A DNA stretch of 64,000 nucleotides from Patescibacteria group bacterium. GTDB taxonomy: Bacteria > Patescibacteriota > Minisyncoccia > Phycocordibacterales > Phycocordibacteraceae. This document shows, piece after piece, positions 36,590-44,671 of this stretch. A model generated the notes under the pieces. The model saw only the letters and a program-made list of their open reading frames with translations. It was not told where the DNA came from and made no database searches. Within the stretch, counting starts at the first letter, position 1. The number at the start of each line of letters is the position of its first letter. The position numbers and the translations under genes are program-made. Location of the stretch: positions 216,934 to 280,933 of the forward strand of contig JBBTSZ010000002.1 of the NCBI GenBank assembly GCA_038064495.1, in the 5' to 3' direction.

Positions 36590-37588
36590 ATGCGGAGATA
36601 TCTCCTTCCAGCGCTCCTTGCGCTCTGTATAGTGTTTCTGCCGAGTATTGCGTCAGCAGAGTCTAATGCAGGAATCTTCGCGCCAGTCATTTCTGACGTC
36701 TGCACGTGTCCAGGCACTGCTCCTGGTTTTGGATGCATTCTAGACACCATACAGAACCTTCTTAACCTCGGCGTCTCACTTTCAGCGATGCTTGCGGTGC
36801 TCATCATTGCCTACGCAGGTACCCTTCTCATCTTTAACCCAACCAAACCGGAGTACCGGACACAAGCGAAAGGCATGCTCGCGAATGTTGCCATAGGCAT
36901 GGTCATCGTACTCGCCTCCTGGCTCATCGTTGATTTTGTGATGAAGATTGTCTACAACCCCGGTGCGGTATTTTCGGGAAATGTTATTGGACCTTGGAAC
37001 GATATTCTTGGTGGTGGCGAGGCCTGTATTGTTGCTCAACAACTCGACACCATCTTTGATGGAAATCTAGTGACGACGCCGACGACCGATGTGGCTGCAA
37101 GTGGAGGTGTACTCACCAACTCTGGAAAAGGAGCTTGTAATGCAATAACGGTTGCACAAAGTGCCGCCGCAGGTGGAGCACGCATGTCCACACAGGAGGC
37201 GAACATTCTTGCCTGCGTGGCAGGTCCGGAAAGCCAATGTGGTGCAGTGTTACAAAACTATAATTGGAACGGCGCAAAAAGCTATCCACCTTCAACCGCG
37301 TACGGGCCCTTTCAGATTACACTCAAAGGAAACAGCGGCTGTTTTGAGAATGCAGCTTGCTATCAAGCCGCCGGTGTTAGTGGATCGCTAAACTGTGATG
37401 CAGCGTTTGATTCAAAAGGCTATGCAATTCCCGGTGCCAGGCTTGAACAGTGCAAGCGTGCCGCCGCGAACCTCACGTGTAGTTCGGTTGCTGCAGATTG
37501 TGTATATCGTAAGCAAGGTGCAAGTGCGTGGACAGCTGATAAAAGTAGTTCAAAGCAACAGGCGTGCATCTCTGGTAATGGAGGCTAA
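36590..37588 (+). CDS. pilin-like N-terminal module (signal peptide, CxCPG...GC, two TM helices) fused to a Cys-rich C-terminal domain with a possible lysozyme/lytic-transglycosylase-like motif
   Basis: The N-domain is paralogous to that of the 38156..39100 ORF. The C-domain has ...QEANILACVAGPESQCGAV...STAYGPFQI (E-S ... A.G..Q resembles the SLT/lysozyme-like signature). Confidence 0.5.
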   Translation: MRRYLLPALLALCIVFLPSIASAESNAGIFAPVISDVCTCPGTAPGFGCILDTIQNLLNLGVSLSAMLAVLIIAYAGTLLIFNPTKPEYRTQAKGMLANVAIGMVIVLASWLIVDFVMKIVYNPGAVFSGNVIGPWNDILGGGEACIVAQQLDTIFDGNLVTTPTTDVAASGGVLTNSGKGACNAITVAQSAAAGGARMSTQEANILACVAGPESQCGAVLQNYNWNGAKSYPPSTAYGPFQITLKGNSGCFENAACYQAAGVSGSLNCDAAFDSKGYAIPGARLEQCKRAAANLTCSSVAADCVYRKQGASAWTADKSSSKQQACISGNGG

Positions 37589-37597
37589 ACTACAACT

Positions 37598-38152
37598 ATG
37601 AAAAAGGCGCTCATCATCATTTCAGTCATACTCGTGCTTTTGCTTGTTGCCGGACTTGGTTACTATTTCTATACCCATACAAAGACCCCACAGGCGCCTG
37701 ATAGTACAAATACATTTCCGATCGGTGATATGAATCAAGGAGGTAGTTCAACCATGGTAATACCTGCTGAGGATGGAGGTAGCATCTCCACATTGGATTT
37801 CATACATAACAACGTCACGTTTGAAGATCCTGCGAATAAGGGCGACTACTATCTTGCCGGAAGTAATGACATTTGTAATCCAGACGGTACCTGTCCAAAA
37901 GCAGGCACGTCTACCCATTTCAATATTCTGTATTTCTCAGACTCTGGTTCTTTCGTCATAAGTCTTAATGAAGAACCACTTGGTCAGATTCGCAGAGAAG
38001 CAGAAGAGTATCTCATACAAACGCTTGGTATAACGCAAGAGCAAATGTGTAAACTAAACTACACCATCGGTACGACGTCATACATCAACGACACATTTGG
38101 AGGTGAGAATTTAGGATTCAGTTTCTGTCCCGGAGCAGTGAAGCTCCCTTAG
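37598..38152 (+). CDS. membrane-anchored secreted hypothetical protein
   Basis: N-terminal TM; 9-nt spacing after the previous gene; sits between two paralogous fusion genes. Confidence 0.4.
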   Translation: MKKALIIISVILVLLLVAGLGYYFYTHTKTPQAPDSTNTFPIGDMNQGGSSTMVIPAEDGGSISTLDFIHNNVTFEDPANKGDYYLAGSNDICNPDGTCPKAGTSTHFNILYFSDSGSFVISLNEEPLGQIRREAEEYLIQTLGITQEQMCKLNYTIGTTSYINDTFGGENLGFSFCPGAVKLP

Positions 38153-38155
38153 ACT

Positions 38156-39100
38156 ATGTGTAGATTCCTCATCCCACTTCTCGTCACGGTCTTCCTCATA
38201 GGAATACCACTCATGGCACAGGCTGCCGATACCAGTTTCTTTGGCCCTATCGTTCCGACACAATGTAATTGTCCGGGTGAAGCCCCGGGTCTTGGCTGCA
38301 TTCTTGAAAGCCTCCGGCTTTTGATGAACCTCATCATTTCCATCGCCTGTGTGTTCCTTACGCTCATCATTGCGTACGGTGGCCTCCTTTTCATGATGGG
38401 TGCGACGAACCCCTCGCAACGCGAGACCGGTAGGAACGTGCTCATCAACGGTTTCATCGGTATTGTCATCGTCTTGTCGGCCTGGCTCCTGGTTGATTTC
38501 ATTATGAAGCGTCTGTATAACTCAAACTCTTTCGGACCGTGGAACTCTATTTTGCTCGGTCAAGGAGAGCTCTGTCTGCATAAACAACAAACCGGAGAAA
38601 TATTTACTGGAAATATTGTAGTAACTCCAACCACAAACCCTGGTTCTGCGGGTGGGGCAGGTGGAAGTGGTGGGAGTGGTGCAAATTGTCCTGCCGCTGA
38701 CCCTGGAAGCATGGTTAACTTTCCAGCTTCAGCAACCTCAGGTGCGGCCGAGAAGGCAACTCCTACAACCGTGCAGAATTTCCTTGCCATGCGAGCTGCT
38801 GCACTTAAAGAAGGTATTGATTTAAAAGTAACGGATGGATATCGATCTGAGTCCGAACAAATAGCTCTGTGGGATAGATATGGGCACGACACCAGCCAGG
38901 CAGCTCGACCTTGTACGCTCGGAGGTGGTGGGTCAAATCACAACTCTGGAACGGCGGTTGACCTGACCGTCGGTTGTGCCAAGACGGATAGTTCGTGCAA
39001 CAGTCCACAGTACCGCTGGTTGAAGGCAAATGGTTCCAAGTGGAATTTTAGAAACGCACTTCCAACTGATACGGTGCACTGGTCGCCAAGTGGTACCTAA
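38156..39100 (+). CDS. pilin-like N-terminal module fused to an M15/VanY-type D,D-peptidase (LAS metallopeptidase) domain
   Basis: The N-domain shares CNCPGEAPGLGCILESL...IIAYGG...GIVIVLSAWLLVDFIMK..YN...FGPWN with the 36590 ORF. The C-domain has SNHNSGTAVDL (SxHxxGxAxD) and TVHWSPSG, preceded by a Gly-rich linker. Confidence 0.6.
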   Translation: MCRFLIPLLVTVFLIGIPLMAQAADTSFFGPIVPTQCNCPGEAPGLGCILESLRLLMNLIISIACVFLTLIIAYGGLLFMMGATNPSQRETGRNVLINGFIGIVIVLSAWLLVDFIMKRLYNSNSFGPWNSILLGQGELCLHKQQTGEIFTGNIVVTPTTNPGSAGGAGGSGGSGANCPAADPGSMVNFPASATSGAAEKATPTTVQNFLAMRAAALKEGIDLKVTDGYRSESEQIALWDRYGHDTSQAARPCTLGGGGSNHNSGTAVDLTVGCAKTDSSCNSPQYRWLKANGSKWNFRNALPTDTVHWSPSGT

Positions 39101-39966
39101 GTAAGATTTTCTAGAGAGAGTTTCCGAAGCCACGCTTTTTGGTGACGAGCATAGTGCCAGAGGCGTGATGAAAGAGTAGGTAAAAGGGAATCAAACGAGC
39201 GTTCACCACGGAGATACTCACCAATAATTTTATACTCAAGACCAAGTTCCTGTAGGCGCTCGTCTCCGACGTACGCGCGGACACGCTCCACCTCATCTAT
39301 AAGGCCTTTCTCAAGAGATTCCATCAGACGCTTGCGCAAGCGTGCTCGTAGTTCGTCACGTTCAGGATTAAGTACCACCCACCCCACCTCATAGCGAGGT
39401 AGAAGGGTGTCTCGCTCAGGCACACTCCCGTTTTCAGCAATAATTTCAAGAGCACGGATAAGGCGTCTGCGGTTTTTTGGGTCAAGACGTACGGCTCGTC
39501 GTGGATCTGCATCACGCACCCGATTCATTAATTCTTCATCGCTCACGGTTTCAAGCTCTCTCCGCAAATCCTCATTCTTTGGAATCTCGGCTGGAAGTCC
39601 GTAGATAAGCGCATCAAAATAAAAGTGTGTTCCTCCAGCAAGTATCGGTAGCTTGCCACGAGCAGATAACTCAGTAATGAGTTTGTCAGCGTCTTGCACA
39701 AAATCTCCTGCACTGTAGGTTTCTCTCGGGTCACGAATGTTAATGAGGTGATGAGGTATTCCATCCATTTCCTCTTTGGTGATTTTTTCAGTGCCGATAT
39801 CAAGCATCTGATATATCTGACGTGAATCAACCGATATAACTTCCCCGTCTAATTCCTTAGCAAGTGCAATAGCGCGTGCGGTTTTTCCTGAGGCAGTAGG
39901 GCCCACAACCGCAATAACCTTCAAAAGAGGATTTTTTTTGGTGGACCCTGGTTCCGGTGATATCAT
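39097..39966 (-). CDS. miaA: tRNA dimethylallyltransferase
   Basis: P-loop GPTASGKTA, SVDSRQIYQMLDIGTEK, HHLINIRDP. Confidence 0.85.
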   Translation of the reverse strand: MISPEPGSTKKNPLLKVIAVVGPTASGKTARAIALAKELDGEVISVDSRQIYQMLDIGTEKITKEEMDGIPHHLINIRDPRETYSAGDFVQDADKLITELSARGKLPILAGGTHFYFDALIYGLPAEIPKNEDLRRELETVSDEELMNRVRDADPRRAVRLDPKNRRRLIRALEIIAENGSVPERDTLLPRYEVGWVVLNPERDELRARLRKRLMESLEKGLIDEVERVRAYVGDERLQELGLEYKIIGEYLRGERSFDSLLPTLSSRLWHYARHQKAWLRKLSLENLT

Positions 39967-39995
39967 GGCCTAACTTCAGATAACGATACTTCCAT

Positions 39996-40661
39996 ATGAA
40001 CAAAAACAGCCAGAAAAGCAATTATTGCGAAGCGTGCGGAGATTTCCATGATGCCGGACACGACGGAGCCTCCTTTGTACAGATCGGGGAAGTCATTCCA
40101 GACTACGAGTTTGAAATCTTCCATAAGGACGACCAAAAGACGGTAAAGTTTTCTGACTATCGCGGCAAATGGCTCGTGGTGATGTTTTATCCGGGCGACT
40201 TCACCTTTGTGTGTCCAACGGAGCTTGAGGATATGGCAAAGCTCTATCCGAAGTTTCAAGAAATGAATACGGAAGTACTCTCTTTTTCTACGGACACGGT
40301 CTACGTACACAAGGCGTGGCATGACACTTCTGCCGCTATCAAACAGGTGAACTATCCAATGGGTTCAGACCCGTCTGGTAAGATTTCCTTTGCCTTCGGT
40401 ACGCTTATTGAAGGAGGAGATATGGCGCATACACCAGATGAAGGCCAGTCTCGACGCGGCACATTTGTTATTGACCCCTCGGGAGTGCTTCGTACGATAG
40501 AAATTCATGACAATAGCATTGGGCGGCGCGCAGGCGAAACACTTCGCAAGGTACAGGCAGCGCAGTACGTGGAGGCCCATCCAGGTAATGTCTGCCCGGC
40601 AAGTTGGGAGGAAGGCGACGACACACTGGAACCGGGCATGGATCTTGTAGGTAAGATTTAG
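39996..40661 (+). CDS. peroxiredoxin (AhpC/TSA family) with an N-terminal Cys/His-rich extension
   Basis: FTFVCPTE peroxidatic-Cys motif; WLVVMFYPGDF. Confidence 0.8.
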   Translation: MNKNSQKSNYCEACGDFHDAGHDGASFVQIGEVIPDYEFEIFHKDDQKTVKFSDYRGKWLVVMFYPGDFTFVCPTELEDMAKLYPKFQEMNTEVLSFSTDTVYVHKAWHDTSAAIKQVNYPMGSDPSGKISFAFGTLIEGGDMAHTPDEGQSRRGTFVIDPSGVLRTIEIHDNSIGRRAGETLRKVQAAQYVEAHPGNVCPASWEEGDDTLEPGMDLVGKI

Positions 40662-40856
40662 TGGAAGTAGTCCAAAATATCCGCCACCGTTGTTACGGAG
40701 CCTCTACATCTCCTTCACCGTACCAGCACGGTACGGCTCAGTCGATGTTTTCCCCGTGCCTAGGTGGCAAACATTTATGGAGCTACTTCAGTTGGAATTA
40801 TATTCAAGAAATCAAAGAAAAACGGCGGCCCATGGGGCCGCCGTTCGCGCATCGCA

Positions 40857-41525
40857 TTATGCATATTCGCGCGTGAGTTGATGCCAGTTTGCTTTTCCTG
40901 CCGGCAGGGGTGGTACTAATTCATTCCCGTCTGGCGTGAAAGGGTTTTCACCCTCTTGCCATGAGTTTGCTTCAAGTGTTATTAGCGACAATATGGAAAA
41001 ATCATCAAAAAATGTTTTTCCAGAACGATTGCAGATGGCTAGTACCTGAGGATACAAAATAGCTCCAGGTATTTCGCGTAGTATTACAGTTCTCAGCTCA
41101 CGGAGAGTACCTGCAGTTGAAATCGTGTCTTCAACCATCATGATGCGTTCGTCATCACGAAAGTGTGATGAAAAACGTTTATCGAAAACAAACACCTCGT
41201 TTGGTTTCTCGGCATAGGCATAGGTGGTATCGAGCATACTACTTGCTAGGTTGTACGAAAGTACAATGCCACCTTTGGCTGCGCCAACAATACGATCGAT
41301 AGCCCCGTGAGGCGGAGAAATCTTCCGAGCGAGTTCAGTACATGCTCGCCTGAAAAACCTGGGGTGTTCCGACACAATGAGACCACAATTGAAATACCCA
41401 TCTGAAATCAATCCTGAAGTGAGTCGGACATAAGGGCGCTCGGGGTTGCCATCGTGTTTCCAAAAGGCACCAAAACCTTTGAATGATTCGGTCCAATCGT
41501 GCTCAGTTCGCATTTCATCAAACAT
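40857..41525 (-). CDS. type I phosphoribosyltransferase (orotate PRTase-like)
   Basis: PRPP-binding motif IMMVEDTISTAGT. Confidence 0.55.
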   Translation of the reverse strand: MFDEMRTEHDWTESFKGFGAFWKHDGNPERPYVRLTSGLISDGYFNCGLIVSEHPRFFRRACTELARKISPPHGAIDRIVGAAKGGIVLSYNLASSMLDTTYAYAEKPNEVFVFDKRFSSHFRDDERIMMVEDTISTAGTLRELRTVILREIPGAILYPQVLAICNRSGKTFFDDFSILSLITLEANSWQEGENPFTPDGNELVPPLPAGKANWHQLTREYA

Positions 41526-41652
41526 ATCTTATCTCCCATAGGACAAATACCTGTGCCACCCTATCAGAAGGGTCTCATGCTGGCCAGCTCTATTAGTTTG
41601 TGCCGGGGGAGTTGGTACTCCAACGAGCTCTTATATATGCCTCACGAAATTG

Positions 41653-41733
41653 TGCCGGGGGAGAGACTCGAACTCTCAAGCCTTGCGGCAGCGGGTTTTG
41701 AATCCACCGTGTATACCATTCCACCACCCCGGC
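41653..41733 (-). tRNA. tRNA-Leu (anticodon CAA), type II; 4/5-bp anticodon stem
   Basis: RC: GCCGGGGTGGTGGAATGGTATAC...loop TTCAAAA...GAGAGTTCGAGTCTCTCCCCCGGCA. Confidence 0.65.
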
Positions 41734-41776
41734 AATTCCCTCATCCTACTCCACCAGGCACCACGGCGTAAAGCGA

Positions 41777-42784
41777 GTGAATGTTATACTGAAGGAAATG
41801 AGCGAGGGAAAATATACTGAACCAACGAAGTACGACTCCGTCTATTGGGTGGAGGTAAATCGTATTGTGCCCAATCCCTACCAGCCTCGTAAGGAATTTG
41901 ATGAGACCGCACTTAAGTCCCTCGCCGAATCCATTCGTCAGTACGGTATTCTTCAGCCGCTTACGGTTACGAGAAAGGAAGTAGAGAAAGAAGACGGTGG
42001 TCTACAAAGTGCGTATGAGCTTATTGCAGGTGAGCGTCGTCTTCGCGCGTCTAAGTTGATTGGTCTTAAAGAAGTTCCGGTGGTTATCCGTGTGGGTGAA
42101 CAAACCGACAAGATGAAACTTGAGCTCGCTATCATTGAGAACCTACAGCGTGAGGACTTGAATGCGATTGACCGCGCGGTTGCCTTTAATCAGCTCGCGC
42201 AAGATTTCGGACTGCAGCACAACGAGATTGGCGCGAAAATTGGCCGCTCTCGTGAATACGTTTCAAACTCCATTCGCCTGCTCGCACTTCCGGAAGCCAT
42301 TCAGCAGAGTGTTATCAACAAAGAAATCTCAGAGGGGCACGCACGTGCACTCCTCATGTTGAACGACCGTCCAGACGAACGCGATACGTTGTTTAAGGAA
42401 ATCGTCTTGAAGAAGAGTTCCGTACGTATGGTAGAACAGCTTGCGCGCCGTATCGCAACCGATAAAATCCGTAAGCATGACAAGACGCCGGAGATGATGG
42501 AGCTTGAGAAAAGTCTCACTGAGACACTTGGCACTCGAGTCCTCATTGAAAACAGACCGAACGGCGGAAGGGTATTGATTGAGTTCTTCTCACCTGAAGA
42601 TTTGTCACACATCGCCGCTATTCTTGCAGAGCGTAAAGAAGCTGAAGCGGCGATGAGTCCTGAGGCAACTGCTTCCACGGGTGACATGCCAATACACCCG
42701 AACACCACACAGCTCGAGCATGAAACGCCAGCTGAAAAACAACAAGAAGAGGATCTGTACTCAGTCAGTAATTTCGCCGTCTAG
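41777..42784 (+). CDS. parB: chromosome partitioning protein ParB; no adjacent parA
   Basis: ParB box LIAGERRLRAS, N-terminal GILQPL..V; C-terminal acidic tail. Confidence 0.8.
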   Translation: MNVILKEMSEGKYTEPTKYDSVYWVEVNRIVPNPYQPRKEFDETALKSLAESIRQYGILQPLTVTRKEVEKEDGGLQSAYELIAGERRLRASKLIGLKEVPVVIRVGEQTDKMKLELAIIENLQREDLNAIDRAVAFNQLAQDFGLQHNEIGAKIGRSREYVSNSIRLLALPEAIQQSVINKEISEGHARALLMLNDRPDERDTLFKEIVLKKSSVRMVEQLARRIATDKIRKHDKTPEMMELEKSLTETLGTRVLIENRPNGGRVLIEFFSPEDLSHIAAILAERKEAEAAMSPEATASTGDMPIHPNTTQLEHETPAEKQQEEDLYSVSNFAV

Positions 42785-42786
42785 GG

Positions 42787-44397
42787 TTACTTCACAGAAC
42801 GTTTCTTTGATACACGCTTCTTCTTTTTCTTTCCTTCTGGCTCGGGTGTCTTAGAGACGATTGGTTCAAGAGCATTTCTAATGTGTCGCCTGGCAAGTGA
42901 GGTCTTTGCATATTCCAGCCATTTTGAAGTTGGCTTTGCAGACTCTCGCGTGAGAATCTCTACCACATCCCCATTTCGGAGTTTCGTATCAAAGGAGACC
43001 AATTTTCCGTTCACTTTTGCTCCGTTCATATGGGCACCGAGGTCGCTATGTATTGCGTAGGCAAAATCGGCAGGTGTTGACTCCACCGGAAGGTCAATAA
43101 CGTCTCCGCGAGGCGTAAACACAAATACTCGATGCGAGAAGAAATCTGATTTCAAACCTTCTACAAAGTCGCCACTCGGCTCGCTGCTTGGATGCGCGTC
43201 AGCAAGCTCCGTGAGCCAGCGTGGAATATTTGTCTCCGCCTTTCCTTTTTTAGTTGTAGGTTCGGTCGTAGTGACAGCCCCCTTTCTAAAATTCAGAAGC
43301 GTCGGGAGAAGGTCGCGAATCCACGGAAAGGAAAGTCGCTGGAAAGCGCCCTTCGGAGCTTCTTTTCCCAGCAATTTGTAGGACATATGCGAGGCAATAC
43401 CGAACTGAGCTCGTTGGTGCATTTCCTTCGTGCGAACCTGTACTTCTACGATGCCGGCTTCAGGAGTGAGTACGGTGGTGTGCAAGGACTGATACCCGTT
43501 TGGTTTTGGGAACGCTATGTAGTCCTTAAACTCACCCGGCAGTGGCTTCCAGAGCGAATGCACAAGACCAAGCACGCTGTAGCAGTCGTCAATTGTCGGT
43601 ACGATAATCCGAAGTGCTGCGATGTCATGTATTTGGGTAATGTCGTCGTTCTTACGTTCAAGTTTCTTATGAAGACTCCACAAACCCTTCATGCGGATGC
43701 TACTGGTGAACTCTTTAATATCTTTTCGGACAAGCGCGTGACGGAGTTCTTTTTGCACCCGGGCAAGACCGGTCTCATTTTCCTTACTTTTTAGCTTCCG
43801 CACTTCAAGTGCGTGTTGGTAGGCGTCGGGGTCAACGACCGGGAACGAAAGGTCCTCCAGCTCCTTCTTCAAGCGTCCGATACCAAGGCGGTCGGCAATA
43901 GGTGCATAAATTTCAAGGGTCTCAAGCGCAATTCGTCTTCGTTTATGTTCCGGCACGTGCTCTATCGTGGTCATGTTGTGATAGCGGTCCACCAGCTTGA
44001 TGATGAGTACGCGCACATCTGCTGATGTGGCAACGAGGAGACGTCGCAGACTTTCTGCATGGCGCTCACCTCCCTGATATTTGTGCTTACCGAGCTTCGT
44101 TACACCCTCAACCAAGAACAGAATTTCCTTTCCAAATTCTTTTTCAATCTCCTCGGCAGTCACTTTTACGTCCTCAATCGCGTCATGCAAAAGGGCAGCC
44201 GCGATGGTTTCGCTATCCATACCAAATTCCGCGAGGTACTGTGCGACCGCTGCTGGGTGAAGGAAGTAGGGCTCACCCGAGTACCGGGTATGGCCCTCGT
44301 GCGCCTTTAGACCAAATGCGTAGGCTTTTTCTATAAGGGCGTGGCCCTCGGGAGTGCGGTCTTCTGCGTGCGCAAGAATCTCCTTGACGGTGGTCAT
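42787..44397 (-). CDS. bifunctional (p)ppGpp synthetase/hydrolase (RelA/SpoT homologue)
   Basis: HD domain AHEGHTRYSGEPYFLHP...LLHDAIED, synthetase domain, TGS and ACT-like C-terminus. Start trimmed to MTTVKEIL so that AHEG sits at residue 33 as in SpoT. Confidence 0.85.
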   Translation of the reverse strand: MTTVKEILAHAEDRTPEGHALIEKAYAFGLKAHEGHTRYSGEPYFLHPAAVAQYLAEFGMDSETIAAALLHDAIEDVKVTAEEIEKEFGKEILFLVEGVTKLGKHKYQGGERHAESLRRLLVATSADVRVLIIKLVDRYHNMTTIEHVPEHKRRRIALETLEIYAPIADRLGIGRLKKELEDLSFPVVDPDAYQHALEVRKLKSKENETGLARVQKELRHALVRKDIKEFTSSIRMKGLWSLHKKLERKNDDITQIHDIAALRIIVPTIDDCYSVLGLVHSLWKPLPGEFKDYIAFPKPNGYQSLHTTVLTPEAGIVEVQVRTKEMHQRAQFGIASHMSYKLLGKEAPKGAFQRLSFPWIRDLLPTLLNFRKGAVTTTEPTTKKGKAETNIPRWLTELADAHPSSEPSGDFVEGLKSDFFSHRVFVFTPRGDVIDLPVESTPADFAYAIHSDLGAHMNGAKVNGKLVSFDTKLRNGDVVEILTRESAKPTSKWLEYAKTSLARRHIRNALEPIVSKTPEPEGKKKKKRVSKKRSVK

Positions 44398-44626
44398 GTA
44401 GTACAAGATACTGCCAAAAGATTCGCTTGGGAAGAAAGGAATACGTAGCCATGCAAGTACAAATTCACGTGCATCAGTGCACGAGATGTGCAGGTGCACA
44501 CAGTATCGTTGACTGCAAAGCGCCAGAGTCTCCCTATCCATGGTCAGTACTCGGTCACCCCGCTGTCGGTGTGTACATCGGTCCGGACGGAGTTCATGTT
44601 GGAACTCCACCTCTGAAAAAGTAAAA

Positions 44627-44650
44627 GGGACTGCGCTCATGCGCAGTCCC
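44627..44650 (-). terminator. perfect 10-bp hairpin GGGACTGCGC-tcat-GCGCAGTCCC, with a T-run on the minus strand, after topA
   Basis: Inverted repeat 20 nt downstream of the topA stop. Confidence 0.7.
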
Positions 44651-44671
44651 TACTACGTTAGCGCTTGAGCT

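Noticed and set aside
44398-44640. 81-codon N-terminal extension of the RelA/SpoT ORF
   Set aside because: It is not conserved-looking. Trimming to MTTVKEIL places the AHEG HD motif at residue 33, as in SpoT.
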